Under the pieces are notes generated by a model. That model worked only from the letters and a program-made list of their open reading frames with translations, was not told the origin of the DNA and did not search any database. Of a DNA stretch of 64,000 nt, positions 53,801 through 63,665 are shown piece after piece. The stretch spans positions 32,001 to 96,000 of IMG/VR virus record IMGVR_UViG_3300020156_000022. One strand, given 5' to 3'. The position numbers were made by a program, and so were the translations under genes. This DNA comes from a virus. Numbering within the stretch: position 1 is the first letter of the stretch; each line of letters starts with the position of its first letter.

Positions 53801-55587
53801 ACAATACTCCCAAGGTTTTTGAAGATCTGCCAAAGAGACTGTAAACTTTCTTTAGTTTCGTCTAGGAAGTCAGCAATAGACCCGTTAGATCTAGCCTGAG
53901 CTGACCAATCAGCAAAGGCGTCTGCCCCTTCTTTTAATGCACGGGTAATCCATGTAGTAAAAGGACCAGCAGCAATGGCAATATTACGGAATACATTAGC
54001 AAGACTGAGTCCTGCACGAGCCATATTGGTAATTACCGTATAGTTGTTTTCAGAAATAGTTCTGAAGTCTCTCTTCCAAGGACCAGAAGTAATCATTCTG
54101 ATACCTTCGTCTGCAACCTTGCCCAAGGCACTTGCAGATCTACCAAAGAAATTCTCAGCTATAGGCAATAAAGTATTAAGGCGATCAGTGGAATCAACAA
54201 CTTCCTTGAAGAAGTTTTCTCCGACAATTTCAGAAGTTTTTGCCCACTTATTAGAAAAGTCAACAATGGCTTTTGTGACATCTCGTGTGGCAGGAGCCAT
54301 ATCCTTAAGCGCAAGGTTGTACTTCTGGGTGGCAGTCAAAGCCTTATCTGTGCCTAAACGTGCCTGTTCTTTTACCTGAGATTCTTCAATTTCAGCTTTC
54401 TGAGCTTCTTTTAAAACATCTCCAAAGCCCCCAAAAGCACTCGTAAGGCCTCCTATAGCGCCGATAGCAGCAAAACCTAATCCAGGAATGGCAGCAATAG
54501 CTCCACCAGCAGCGCCTATACCACTAGCCAAGCTTAATGCTCCACCACCTAATGCTCCAATTCCAGAAATAAGAGCAGGAATAGCAGATACCAAAACAGC
54601 AATAAGTCCTGGCATTCTATAAAGCTCACCAGAAACTCTACCTAATCTTTGTAATAGCCTAGAGCTTGATTCGGAGAAGTCATCGAATCCTGAAATAAAG
54701 CTTCGAAGGAATCCTCCACCGCCCCCACCAGCAGATGCGGCCTGTCGCAACTTGGTAAATACACTAGTGCCTCTATCAGCTTCCTCGAATACACGAGTCA
54801 TATCTGCCATAGCAGTTAACGCCCAGAAACGAAAAGACTTTCCAGAAGGTAGCGCATCAATTTTTTCAAGTTCTCGCCTGATACGTTCAGCATCTTTTAA
54901 TGCTTCAGCTCCAAGTTCATCCTTTAGGCTACGAGAGATAGTGCGAATATCGCCTAAAGCTCTATTAGATAAAATTCTGACATTAATGTCAGTGTCCTCG
55001 TGAGCTAGTTTTTTAAGTTCAAACTCAATAGCTGCAATACTTTGGTTGGCATCTTCTGCGTCAACATCAAGAACTAACGGATCTAACTTTAGTTGACTTA
55101 ATGTACGATTTAGTGTTCGTAGCCTGCCACCTAGTGAACTATTAATCTTGTCTTCTGCTCGCTTAGCAAAGTCTTCACCAGCAGATTCTCCAGCCTTGCC
55201 AAAAGTATCCTGAAAAGCTTTAATAGTAGCTTGAATTAGCTGACGGTTTCCACCAGAGTTATTACTCCTTTGAATGCCTCGTCCTAATCCTTTATGATAA
55301 GAAGACCCTGCTTCCTCACCGGCTTTTCCAGCGGCATCTCCACGATTAAGGTCAGCAATAGCTGCTTTGGCTGAGTTTGCACTTTCGCGTTCAGCACGTG
55401 CACGATTCTGCTTTGATGCAGTAATTTTTTGATCGTCAGAAAGAGATTGAGAATTAAGCTTAGCTTCCTCTTCACGCAATTCTCTTAATGCACGGCGAGC
55501 ATCGCGTGCAGCACGAATTAGGCTATCGAATTCTCCGAGGGCGCGATAACGAGATACGTGTTCTGAACCACTGCCGGGACTAGTCAC
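50863..55587 (-). CDS. tape measure protein with a C-terminal putative muralytic peptidase domain
   Basis: 1574 aa helical protein; FxxGG repeats; SYH..GRAVD..HDH. Confidence 0.9.
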   Translation of the reverse strand: MTSPGSGSEHVSRYRALGEFDSLIRAARDARRALRELREEEAKLNSQSLSDDQKITASKQNRARAERESANSAKAAIADLNRGDAAGKAGEEAGSSYHKGLGRGIQRSNNSGGNRQLIQATIKAFQDTFGKAGESAGEDFAKRAEDKINSSLGGRLRTLNRTLSQLKLDPLVLDVDAEDANQSIAAIEFELKKLAHEDTDINVRILSNRALGDIRTISRSLKDELGAEALKDAERIRRELEKIDALPSGKSFRFWALTAMADMTRVFEEADRGTSVFTKLRQAASAGGGGGGFLRSFISGFDDFSESSSRLLQRLGRVSGELYRMPGLIAVLVSAIPALISGIGALGGGALSLASGIGAAGGAIAAIPGLGFAAIGAIGGLTSAFGGFGDVLKEAQKAEIEESQVKEQARLGTDKALTATQKYNLALKDMAPATRDVTKAIVDFSNKWAKTSEIVGENFFKEVVDSTDRLNTLLPIAENFFGRSASALGKVADEGIRMITSGPWKRDFRTISENNYTVITNMARAGLSLANVFRNIAIAAGPFTTWITRALKEGADAFADWSAQARSNGSIADFLDETKESLQSLWQIFKNLGSIVSSFFNATVDEGQSYLRTLEDITGHWADVADAQEQANSPLREWMTNIRPVLSALGDLIRDLARGIGNLASNQSNIQTMIDLLDTLRTRVLPPILEILQHLNDSGIAVTVAEALGDMLEAISTFLESGAASALTVFVTVLANFAELLFNIASLPGVSNVLGGLAAGLAALAAVSIVARFTGLFKLWDFFTWMVRNRGNLSGAFADAARNAAGLQSSGQSAPIARNTPSPIAGIGSEIVGGGNTARSIENTGRAAENANGKVSVFSRTVGGLSTAGSRVQGALGGLVGFLGGPWGIALSAAAVGVTFLVDSLMGQRREAEDTKNAFQALKSAYSDLSQGNTDQVNQLAETDKKFKELAERAERFGVSLTDVSGALNDNDQNLTRVNTQLDAQIATYERLRIAALEAGGPTAAIPYKQLKDEAIEFKDSINQVAEAQSRNNELTKTSADSARTYQDRLAGMTQAQVDSVVAAGDLEARIQTLSSALDTMSSATSTARDRSSALSDIIKAEYGEMMTANEATENWNSQILTLKESVEANGKSLSVHSREGLRNRDALQAAAKAARDLYLEDIASGVPMKEATQRHRDRIKELQKEADKALGTKKETRDLIKMYGEVPEDVQTELSTKGYVKVYQEMQDLKALQASLQSGKSLKEAEREVEESKARASMKGWGDGYGAPGFRSGGPVWGAGTRTSDSIRAWLSNGEFVHPTDAVEYYGLPVMEALRQKKLDRTVVAEALPDVSNDKFASGGTVHSKECPICASGGHKFAKGGGVGWPFPVDVSDTMIKKAWAEVGLGGAGGPGGYKWQMQVLRQRFPGLPLISGPRPGARTLSGNRSYHALGRAVDLPPRRDVAQWIRSNFGARTKELITPYNDLNIWNGKPHRYTGAVWNQHNFAGGNPHDHWAFNQGGLVDLMEMLNMQNIMPKQQTSLPTTPRTLSPAASSVVNNSTDNTRTFGDVIINNPMPERAGDSIRDALYRTQLLY

Positions 55588-55611
55588 CGCGCTACCTCCA
55601 AGGTTTTATAG

Positions 55612-56034
55612 TTAGCCTGGTGGTGGATTGTCCATACCAAAAGCTAACATCTCTAGCATTTCAAAACTATTCTTATCTGCCGACTTTTCAAAGTTCTCCT
55701 GAGTAGCAACATCTTGAGTAGATCCATGAACTGGCAAATTACTGGATACAGATTTGGATTCGACCTTGCCGAATTCCTGGTATTCTTCATAATCTATCGT
55801 CAAATTTGATGCATACGTCATCAAATCTTCATTAGCATTAGCTCCGGCAGCAGCAGCGACCATAGCAATACTTCTAGTTTGCCAAGAGATAATCAAACGC
55901 TGTTCACGTCTTTGATTATATTTATCTTCAAGTATGACTGCCAAGATTTGCCTGATACGACGTAAGGTTTTATCTAGAATCTCATCATCATCCCAACGAT
56001 AGGTAGAGCTGATAGTATGAAAGACTCTAGCCAT
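55612..56034 (-). CDS. tail assembly chaperone, frameshift (GT-like) portion
   Basis: The -1 frame is open from the slippery site at 56151 to this ORF. Confidence 0.75.
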   Translation of the reverse strand: MARVFHTISSTYRWDDDEILDKTLRRIRQILAVILEDKYNQRREQRLIISWQTRSIAMVAAAAGANANEDLMTYASNLTIDYEEYQEFGKVESKSVSSNLPVHGSTQDVATQENFEKSADKNSFEMLEMLAFGMDNPPPG

Positions 56035-56069
56035 AGGACCTACCAGCTCTAACCCAGGAATATCTGGGA

Positions 56070-56594
56070 TTATTCGGTTGAGTTCTGTACTGTCAGATTC
56101 TCTGGAACTTGCCCTGTCTTCTTCGCCAGGTCGAACATTGCCATTAGTCGTTTTCCCAAGGCTTGCAGATCTTCTGCTTCACGCTTAACAATAGCTTCAA
56201 CTAAAGTTACTAGATCTTCTAGTTCTGGGTTATACAGCTCATCGAATAGTTCATCATTAAGACGTTTATTCTCAGCGATCTCATCTTTACTGAGTCTACG
56301 ACCAGCTTTTTCGCCTACAGGACGAGCCATAGATAATAGGAAGTCAATTACTTCCTCTTCGGCATCAGGAATAGCAAAACCTACTAAAGCAATCAGCTTC
56401 CCGCCAAACTCTTCAGGAGTATCTTCAGGGGAAAATTTAACATTCAAAAGCATGCCCCCCGCACCATGAGTAATGATACGTAGTAGCTTAAAGAATTGAC
56501 GTGCCTTAAGTGGCTGCAAAACAACCTGTGTGCCGGTAGATAGGGTAACTACGTCACCCTCATCGACAATAACTTCAATGTCGGATTTTGCCAT
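56070..56594 (-). CDS. tail assembly chaperone (G-like)
   Basis: Between the major tail protein and the TMP. Confidence 0.8.
   Translation of the reverse strand: MAKSDIEVIVDEGDVVTLSTGTQVVLQPLKARQFFKLLRIITHGAGGMLLNVKFSPEDTPEEFGGKLIALVGFAIPDAEEEVIDFLLSMARPVGEKAGRRLSKDEIAENKRLNDELFDELYNPELEDLVTLVEAIVKREAEDLQALGKRLMAMFDLAKKTGQVPENLTVQNSTE
56151..56157 (-). other. -1 programmed ribosomal frameshift site
   Basis: In-frame G GGA AAA; the -1 frame has 39 open codons leading to ATG 56034. Confidence 0.85.
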
Positions 56595-56637
56595 TATTGA
56601 CTCCTGGTCTACTTGGACTTATTAGATTTTGTTAATA

Positions 56638-57195
56638 TCAAGCTGAGCGGTTAACGATACGCCCAATTGCGCGCTTTGTTAGCGGAGTACCCTTTTCATC
56701 CTTGTCAGAAATAACTGCTCGACCTGTGTAGTTAAGCAATAGTCCAGACTTGTAGGATGGACCGGTGAAGTTAATAGGACCGAAGATCACCTTATAGAGA
56801 ATGAAGTCCATAACTCTAATAGCTCCATCGCTGTCCTTGGATGGGCAGCGAATCAGCATAGGTCGAGCAGGCTGATTTACGGAATCTTCTTCCCATAGAC
56901 CCATGGAGTAGGTAGTTCCTGCTCCTGAGCCAGATGAAGTCAAAGTAGCTCCAGATAGAAGCTGAATTGTACGGAATGGTAGATAGCCAGCTTCAACGGT
57001 AACTGTGGCGAAGTTCAGCCAGAACCATGATGACAGTACGTAGTCATCACCGGTGTTATCATAGTTACCAGTATCAGCAGCAATAGTTCCAGAACGTACA
57101 CCATAAATGTCGCCAAACTCTTCCTCAGTACCGTCAGTACCATCTAAGATAGCTGCATGGCTGATAGAAAAGCCTTCAAAATTAGTGCCAGCCAT
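56638..57195 (-). CDS. major tail protein
   Basis: Size, synteny, strong AAGGAG RBS. Confidence 0.75.
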   Translation of the reverse strand: MAGTNFEGFSISHAAILDGTDGTEEEFGDIYGVRSGTIAADTGNYDNTGDDYVLSSWFWLNFATVTVEAGYLPFRTIQLLSGATLTSSGSGAGTTYSMGLWEEDSVNQPARPMLIRCPSKDSDGAIRVMDFILYKVIFGPINFTGPSYKSGLLLNYTGRAVISDKDEKGTPLTKRAIGRIVNRSA

Positions 57196-57258
57196 ATAAA
57201 TCTCCTTTTCTTAGTTCTAGGAGCCATATGGTCCTAGCGTTTTCTTTGGCTACTTAAA

Positions 57259-57266
57259 TAATCGGC
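57259..57266 (-). promoter_or_regulatory. candidate late promoter -10 box (sigma28-like)
   Basis: GCCGATTA upstream of the major tail gene. Confidence 0.45.
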
Positions 57267-57303
57267 AAGCAGTAATAACCTATTTGGATTATCCTGCGCT
57301 ATT

Positions 57304-57549
57304 TTAATAAGCAGTCACTTTGCTGGTCACACAATTACCTTGTGTATCGTAATAATGCAACACACGCTTAGCACTAGGTGCACCATTTAATCTGGCCCAC
57401 TTAGCACAATCAGCACAAGCGATTTCCATATACATGCCTTCAACAGGCATGTGCTCTTGCTTAAGTACAAGAAATAGTTTTTTGAACTTTCCTGGACAAC
57501 GTATTTCTACACTGTTCTCTGGCACCTTAAAGTTTTCATCTATCCACAT
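57304..57549 (-). CDS. small Zn-ribbon (Com-like) protein
   Basis: EIRCP..LF..EIACADC. Confidence 0.55.
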   Translation of the reverse strand: MWIDENFKVPENSVEIRCPGKFKKLFLVLKQEHMPVEGMYMEIACADCAKWARLNGAPSAKRVLHYYDTQGNCVTSKVTAY

Positions 57550-58657
57550 ATTCTGCTCCTGCCATTAACGATTTTTCATAAATCTTAGAGCCTTCGCCAG
57601 GAACAGCCTGAGATACCTTCAGATATAATTTCTTAACGACATTATCCCAGCTATGTGTTTGAGGAATAACTTCCGCTGCTAGGTCAGCTTTTCGTTTTAC
57701 TTCAGCTCTGTTTCTAAATGTGTGCAACATGAGAGCTTTCATATGGTCTTTATCGGCCCTAGCATTTAATACTTTAGGGTTATCATCTAAAGGCATTAAC
57801 TTATAGTCCAGGGGATAGGCATACTCAGGAGACAGCCATCCTGTATGGCCACCCCAATTAGTAGCAATTACCGCTCCGCCCATAGCTTGAAATTCTAGTG
57901 CAGGCATATTCTTCCCTTCTCCGCGAGAAGGAGCGCAGAGAACATGCTGAACAGAATAGAATTGTTTTAAGACATCCTCGGGCCAAGAATCATAATGCAC
58001 TCGTAATTTTGGAACCCATTGCTCCATTGCAGAATGCAATCCTGGTGACATAGTTTTGAGGTGTAGTTCTGCGGGCTCAAATTCTTCAGGATATTCTTCT
58101 TTTAGCTCTTTAAAGGCCATGATGGTTACGAAAGGATCTTTTCTTTCATGCAGCATACCTGTCATGCAAAACCCGAATCTGTTACTAAACCAATCCTTTT
58201 CTACCTTAGGCCAATTCTCAGGCAGAAACCCACCCTGAAGTATTTCTAGTTTTGTGCTTTTTGGGTTTATGTAAGGTAGAAAGCAATCTTTAGTAACCTG
58301 ATCATAGCCTAGAAGTAGATCATATCTACTTAGAGCTTTGCGTAATTTTGATCTACCCTTTAGGTTGTTGAAGTTGGTATATTCCCACATTGACCAACCT
58401 ACTGTTACTTTACTGGCTCTACGTTCTTCAGGTAGTAGACCCATTTGGCCAGGATCTACATGATGAATCATCAAATCGAACGGAGCTTCTAACCGCTTGC
58501 TGAATAGACTCAACACGTCGGGAGGCAGTGGAGCATCGACATGAGTTGGCTGAACATAGACATCTGCACCACTTCGAATAAGAGCACGTGCCAGACCTAT
58601 CCCGTCGTTGCCGTATCCTGTATAAGTAGATAGTGGAGTCTTCAATAGTACCTTCAA
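57536..58657 (-). CDS. GT-B glycosyltransferase (family 4-like)
   Basis: TGYG, ERKD, PSRGEGKNMPALE..GGAVIATNWGG. Confidence 0.85.
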   Translation of the reverse strand: MKVLLKTPLSTYTGYGNDGIGLARALIRSGADVYVQPTHVDAPLPPDVLSLFSKRLEAPFDLMIHHVDPGQMGLLPEERRASKVTVGWSMWEYTNFNNLKGRSKLRKALSRYDLLLGYDQVTKDCFLPYINPKSTKLEILQGGFLPENWPKVEKDWFSNRFGFCMTGMLHERKDPFVTIMAFKELKEEYPEEFEPAELHLKTMSPGLHSAMEQWVPKLRVHYDSWPEDVLKQFYSVQHVLCAPSRGEGKNMPALEFQAMGGAVIATNWGGHTGWLSPEYAYPLDYKLMPLDDNPKVLNARADKDHMKALMLHTFRNRAEVKRKADLAAEVIPQTHSWDNVVKKLYLKVSQAVPGEGSKIYEKSLMAGAEYVDR

Positions 58658-58705
58658 TTTATCCTCCTGGGATCTAGAGTTACTAAAAGTACTATCGGAT
58701 TAAAA

Positions 58706-59188
58706 TCAGAAAAATACTGAGTAGTATACGGAAGCTATCATTATTCCATCACCATCAGTTACAGCGACAGGCTCACTTAAATCAACAATTCTATCAGAAC
58801 TGATAGTAACTAAATCGCCCCACATTTGCATTTCAGGATTTACTCGATGCAGGTACTTGTCAACAACCTTAAAAGTATCATTCAATTTAAGTCTGACAGA
58901 TTTACTACCTATCAAATTTCCTGACGCATCACGAGTACCGTTGGCCCAAATAGTTACTCGTAACCTACGACCTCGGTATCTGCTCAATCCTGTAATATTG
59001 GCGTAAGGCCCTGCGTCTTCTACTACAATTGCACTGACAGCTTCGTATTGGCCATCTTCTAGATTAGCAAGCATTTCATCTCTAAAAATGAAAGGTTTCA
59101 ATGAGACAGAAAATTTGCCAACACTATTAACTACTTCAGAAATACCTAGAAGATACTTTGCGCAAGCTCCTTGTAAATCGTCTGCCAT
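58706..59188 (-). CDS. putative tail terminator
   Basis: Synteny and size. Confidence 0.55.
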   Translation of the reverse strand: MADDLQGACAKYLLGISEVVNSVGKFSVSLKPFIFRDEMLANLEDGQYEAVSAIVVEDAGPYANITGLSRYRGRRLRVTIWANGTRDASGNLIGSKSVRLKLNDTFKVVDKYLHRVNPEMQMWGDLVTISSDRIVDLSEPVAVTDGDGIMIASVYYSVFF

Positions 59189-59189
59189 A

Positions 59190-59552
59190 TCAACCTCCTA
59201 GGAATTTGTTCATAGCTGCAATATACTCATGGCCTAGAGCTTCAGCAGGACGTAAGAAATCGTGGTTTAGTCCTCGTTCACGCTCATATTCAGCATAATC
59301 TACAGGGTTGTGAATACCTTGCGATGGGCCACCATAAGAAATTTCTCCCTCCCAGTAGGTTTGTCCAGCATCACTGGAAAGTTTACCTGAGGATTTTAAA
59401 CTTCTAGTAATAACGTGCACCGCAGCTTGAGTAGCACGAAATTGTTCAGTAAGGACACGCTCAAACTCGGCAATATCTTCTAAAGACAAGCCATTAGCTA
59501 AGCGATTAACTTCGTCCTCTATTCCGTCAGAAAACTTTTCAATCTTTATCAT
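59190..59552 (-). CDS. putative neck protein (HK97 gp10-like)
   Basis: T.SLKSSG..YAEYE..FLRPA. Confidence 0.6.
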   Translation of the reverse strand: MIKIEKFSDGIEDEVNRLANGLSLEDIAEFERVLTEQFRATQAAVHVITRSLKSSGKLSSDAGQTYWEGEISYGGPSQGIHNPVDYAEYERERGLNHDFLRPAEALGHEYIAAMNKFLGG

Positions 59553-59965
59553 GATGGTGCTCCTGCTGGATACCTCAAGCTAGCTTGCGCCACCTCGAAT
59601 ACTTGAACTTCAATATGGTGAGTACCATTAAAATCTTGAGCCTCATCAGGTCTCATTTTCATCATGAAGGATGAACCTATATGCGGACCCTTAACTACAC
59701 GAACAATTTGTCCGCTTTGAAGTGCAGGTGAATAAGAGCAGAACATAATTCCAGTCCTATCCGGACTACGGCCCGCAACAACAGGAGAAGGTTGATCCTT
59801 ACCTACTCGCAAAAAGTTAAGGTCTAATCTGCATTTCATTATTCCTGGGGGCTGCGTTCTATCAAAACTAGCTCCTGACTTTTGCCAGGTTTGTACACGA
59901 GCACCATCTACAACATCAGTAACAGATTGTAAAACTTCTACAGTAGAGTTAAATAAGTGTCGCAT
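59549..59965 (-). CDS. putative head-to-tail stopper
   Basis: Synteny; HHIEV C terminus. Confidence 0.55.
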   Translation of the reverse strand: MRHLFNSTVEVLQSVTDVVDGARVQTWQKSGASFDRTQPPGIMKCRLDLNFLRVGKDQPSPVVAGRSPDRTGIMFCSYSPALQSGQIVRVVKGPHIGSSFMMKMRPDEAQDFNGTHHIEVQVFEVAQASLRYPAGAPS

Positions 59966-59977
59966 AATTAACTCCTC

Positions 59978-60505
59978 TCAGTAGAAAAATGTTATTCTTG
60001 TTTCTGGGGGACTATTAAATGCGTCTACATCGTTTAATAGTCTACGGGTGCCACTACCACCAACTATTTTAGATCTACCTTCAGAGGAAGTCTCAATGCC
60101 GTCCCACTCCATGCCTTCAATAGACCCTGTAGACCCGATGGCGGAGCTTCCTGACTTGAGTTTACTTACTGCTAGATCAAACCACATAACTCCAGTAGCA
60201 TCACCTTTTTTGACAGCAGAAACTGTTCTGCTATAAGAATAAGATCCAATACTTTCGGATTGGTAAGGAGATGCTGAAGCTTCTCGATATGGCTGACTTA
60301 GATAAATCTTGTCAGCCATATCTAAAATTCCATACTTAGCTAGCTTAGATTGATCTAAGTCAGTTGGGTATTCATTAATACCTGTGGCTAGATAGAAAAG
60401 TAATGTAGCTTGAGCTAGCGCCTCACCGGCAAAATCGTTAAAACTTGTACTTTCACGACCTGTAAATATAGCTAAATCAGCTACAGTAGGGGACGCTAGC
60501 GCCAT
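59978..60505 (-). CDS. head-to-tail adaptor
   Basis: YQSESIGSYSYS motif. Confidence 0.7.
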   Translation of the reverse strand: MALASPTVADLAIFTGRESTSFNDFAGEALAQATLLFYLATGINEYPTDLDQSKLAKYGILDMADKIYLSQPYREASASPYQSESIGSYSYSRTVSAVKKGDATGVMWFDLAVSKLKSGSSAIGSTGSIEGMEWDGIETSSEGRSKIVGGSGTRRLLNDVDAFNSPPETRITFFY

Positions 60506-60510
60506 AACTA

Positions 60511-61209
60511 TTACCTCTTCTCAAAGAATACTTTGCCGTAACGTTCCATCTGCTCATCCGCAGATAGTTCATACCAGACATTGCCCTCGGCGTCCTGATG
60601 AGTCTTCTTACTAGCCTCATTATCTTCAAGCACAAGAACTTGTCCAGCTTTCCAAACACGTGCTGCTACAGTAAGCCCAGATTCTAAGAATTCAATTTCG
60701 AGATGCTCACGCTCATCGTTATCAGGGTCGTTAGAACCTTCAATATTTTTAGCATCAAGTACAGATTCAGTTTGACGAACTCGTGCACGACGCTTTTCTG
60801 CTTCTGGGTCATCTGTAATTAGCTCAGGAAATGGCTTACTTACGTCAAATTTAACTCCAGCCGCATCTTCAAGAATTACTGGCTCTGGGTGGCGGTCAAC
60901 CATTTCTAACCCTGGATTCATTTGGTTATGCACAGTTTCATCAACCTCATGAGCGGGGGCCATCTTTGGAACCTCAGCTACTTCTGGCTCAGGATTAGTA
61001 GATTCGCGTTCTTCTGTTGAAGTTCCAGGGTTTTCCTGATTCTCTACAGGCTTATCTACATCATTAGCTGCGGCTGTTTTGGCAACTTCTGGCTCTTGAG
61101 TTTCCTCTGTAGATTCGCGTGCCTCTACATTAATTCCAGGGTTTTCCTGGTTTTCTACAGTCGGGTCTACCTTCTTGGCAGCCGCAGACTTCTTTACCCT
61201 TGGTGGCAT
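60511..61209 (-). CDS. acidic protein with internal repeats
   Basis: VENQENPG twice plus VHNQMNPG; QEPEVA/PEPEVA. Confidence 0.7.
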   Translation of the reverse strand: MPPRVKKSAAAKKVDPTVENQENPGINVEARESTEETQEPEVAKTAAANDVDKPVENQENPGTSTEERESTNPEPEVAEVPKMAPAHEVDETVHNQMNPGLEMVDRHPEPVILEDAAGVKFDVSKPFPELITDDPEAEKRRARVRQTESVLDAKNIEGSNDPDNDEREHLEIEFLESGLTVAARVWKAGQVLVLEDNEASKKTHQDAEGNVWYELSADEQMERYGKVFFEKR

Positions 61210-61230
61210 TAAAGATCACAACCTTTCAGT

Positions 61231-61575
61231 CTATTTTCCATGTGTAACATCGTCATATTGACCAGATAAGCGCTTACGCAACTTTTGGCCTCTTTTACCA
61301 AATTGTACTTGAAAGAATCCTACAATAGATGTCAACATAGTTATAGCTAACACCCAGAAGATTGTTAATCTTACCCACTCAACACCTGGAAGAGATACGT
61401 TCCAAATACGAAGTGAAAGATAAGCGCACAAAATCAGTACGCTAACCGCAAAAATAGCAATTACTGTACCAACAAAGCTTTTACGCCATCTAGATAAAGT
61501 AAGATACATAGCAGTAAACACTAATGTGCTAAATGTGAAGGCCAGGAAGCCAACATCTCCCCAAAATTCTAACAT
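61231..61575 (-). CDS. membrane protein (holin-like, 3 TM)
   Basis: Hydrophobic helices, basic C terminus. Confidence 0.6.
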   Translation of the reverse strand: MLEFWGDVGFLAFTFSTLVFTAMYLTLSRWRKSFVGTVIAIFAVSVLILCAYLSLRIWNVSLPGVEWVRLTIFWVLAITMLTSIVGFFQVQFGKRGQKLRKRLSGQYDDVTHGK

Positions 61576-61586
61576 ACTAGCCTCCC

Positions 61587-61769
61587 TTACTCATTAAATA
61601 ATTCTTCAAGCATCAGGCGAAAATGATTCCTTCTCCTAAGCTCGCGAAACCTACTAGTTAAATCGTCAACCTTTTCAAATCTGTTTTCAGTTGACTTCTT
61701 AGCTTCATCTAACTCATGCTGCACAGCGTTAAGTTCCTTCTCTTCGTCCGGATTGTGGTTAGCAGTCAT
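61587..61769 (-). CDS. small coiled-coil protein
   Basis: RRRNHF motif seen in actinophage lysis regions. Confidence 0.55.
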   Translation of the reverse strand: MTANHNPDEEKELNAVQHELDEAKKSTENRFEKVDDLTSRFRELRRRNHFRLMLEELFNE

Positions 61770-61771
61770 TA

Positions 61772-62170
61772 TCAGCCCTCCCTACCTGGACGCACTACGT
61801 GAGTAGTTTTACGAGTTTTTTGCTCATCTGATTGGCCAAATTTTGCCCCGTGAACTGCTTCTAGTAACTTAACTGAAGTCTCACTCAACTCTGTAACAAT
61901 GTCGAGCTGCCTTGTCTGCATATTTACAATCTGTAACGCTTCCGCAGTTTTGTCTTTCCACTCTTGTTCACGTTCTCTGGATTCTACTATTCTAGCTTCA
62001 TAGTTAGCTTTCATCTCAGTAATACGAGCTTCCTGGGACTCATGCACCTTTTGAACAGATGCAGGAGTTAATAGCCAACCTCTTACCAAAGCAATGAACA
62101 GCAAAGGCAAAGGACCAATTGTACCAATCCAAGGCCCAATGGCATCTAATGCACCTTGTACTACCTCCAT
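61772..62170 (-). CDS. membrane-anchored coiled-coil protein
   Basis: N-terminal TM, RGWL, coiled coil. Confidence 0.6.
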   Translation of the reverse strand: MEVVQGALDAIGPWIGTIGPLPLLFIALVRGWLLTPASVQKVHESQEARITEMKANYEARIVESREREQEWKDKTAEALQIVNMQTRQLDIVTELSETSVKLLEAVHGAKFGQSDEQKTRKTTHVVRPGREG

Positions 62171-62189
62171 GATACCTGCCTATAAGATA

Positions 62190-62220
62190 AAAGCCGGAAC
62201 GCCCGTAAGCGCCCGGCTTT
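62190..62220 (-). terminator. intrinsic terminator
   Basis: AAAGCCGG..CCGGCTTTT. Confidence 0.55.
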
Positions 62221-62240
62221 AACTACTGCCTACAATTAAA

Positions 62241-62248
62241 TTATCGGC
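62241..62248 (-). promoter_or_regulatory. candidate late promoter -10 box (sigma28-like)
   Basis: Exact GCCGATAA at the head of the late module. Confidence 0.5.
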
Positions 62249-62257
62249 AGAATCATA

Positions 62258-63589
62258 TTAAATTACAGAAAGTTCATCCCAGCCACGCTCACCAGCAGCA
62301 AGGCCTACTACCATTCCTAGCATTCCTGGCTTAGACCAAACACCTGAAGAATCATAAAACCACTGACTTGACTTCTCAGCCTCAAGTGCAGGGCAACCAA
62401 AGAATGTACGCCCACGATCTTCGATGACATTAAAGTGGTGATAATGTGCTGTTACGAACAAAGAGGTATCAACAAGTTCTGAAGTTCTACCGAGAATTTG
62501 CTTCTCAATAGCATTCTTAGAACTTACTCCACCAGTCTTAGGCCCTGAGCCATTAGATACATGACCATGAGTGAAGTTAACCTTTACTCCTGAAAGTTCT
62601 AGGTTGGCATCTTGACGATCTGTAGCGATGTCCCACTTAATATCATCACCAACGCCTGTACCATCAAAAACTTTCTTTACAAGGCTCGCAACCATAGTAG
62701 AGGAGTTGTCATAGATACTAGTAAGGGCCTTGTTACTTCCAAAGCGCGTATGCTCACCATGATTTGACGGAACAGAAGCAATATTCATTCTCAAACCATC
62801 CTCTAGTAGAGTACGGATACTCCATGTACGCATATCGAAATCTAGAGTAATTTGATCAGAATAGTTCAATTCAATTTCATAAGGTTGAGAAGCATAATTA
62901 CCTACTGCACCTTCGTGCTCATCTCCCATGAAGGCTAGAGCAATCTTTTCAATAGGATACCCAGCGTCAATTAAATGACGAATTCTGAGATGGTGTCCGT
63001 TTATCCCGTTGGTCCAATTATTTAAAGCCTCCTGCGTTCCTGGCTTGCCTAATTGGGGGTCTGCAACCATAATCAGATAGCTTAGTCCAGAATTTTGAAA
63101 ACTTCGTCCAGGAATGAACTCAAGATTTCGGAGATTGTCTCTCCAACCTTGGATATCCACTCGATCTTCGATCGGTGTTTCTTCTGGCGCTTTCTTTTGA
63201 ATCCTAGCCGCATAACTATATCTGAATTCTCCTGGCTTGCCCCATGCCTTCATAGTAACAGGCTGAATAACTTCAAATACTTCAGGATCGAGACCCCAAA
63301 GCTTAATAGTATCTGTCCAGTCAGTAATTGGCTCATTAACTGTACCTGTTTTAATTACACCAGAATCACCAGTTAGTGAAACACTAGGTAATTCTCCGCC
63401 AGCCAATCGGCTAGGCTCATCTACAAGATTGTCAGCAGTACCTAGAAGGTATTCTCGGCCTGCATACTCGCGCCTACGACGCTTGAGTGTTTCAAGGTTG
63501 GATTCTGGGAAAGCCAGTAGCAAATCTTCATCTGTCATAGCAGCTAGAAGTTTAGCTACATTCTCTTCATTCCATTCAATCTTTGACAA
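62258..63589 (-). CDS. metallophosphoesterase/Mre11-like exonuclease
   Basis: ADPQLGK, MGDEHE, SNHGE, THGH, AHYHH. Confidence 0.8.
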   Translation of the reverse strand: MSKIEWNEENVAKLLAAMTDEDLLLAFPESNLETLKRRRREYAGREYLLGTADNLVDEPSRLAGGELPSVSLTGDSGVIKTGTVNEPITDWTDTIKLWGLDPEVFEVIQPVTMKAWGKPGEFRYSYAARIQKKAPEETPIEDRVDIQGWRDNLRNLEFIPGRSFQNSGLSYLIMVADPQLGKPGTQEALNNWTNGINGHHLRIRHLIDAGYPIEKIALAFMGDEHEGAVGNYASQPYEIELNYSDQITLDFDMRTWSIRTLLEDGLRMNIASVPSNHGEHTRFGSNKALTSIYDNSSTMVASLVKKVFDGTGVGDDIKWDIATDRQDANLELSGVKVNFTHGHVSNGSGPKTGGVSSKNAIEKQILGRTSELVDTSLFVTAHYHHFNVIEDRGRTFFGCPALEAEKSSQWFYDSSGVWSKPGMLGMVVGLAAGERGWDELSVI

Positions 63590-63665
63590 AATGTTTTATC
63601 CTTAAGTTTATGTGCTCACGATCACTGAGCGTCTGGTTCCATTATACCATGAGGATCAGCGATGT

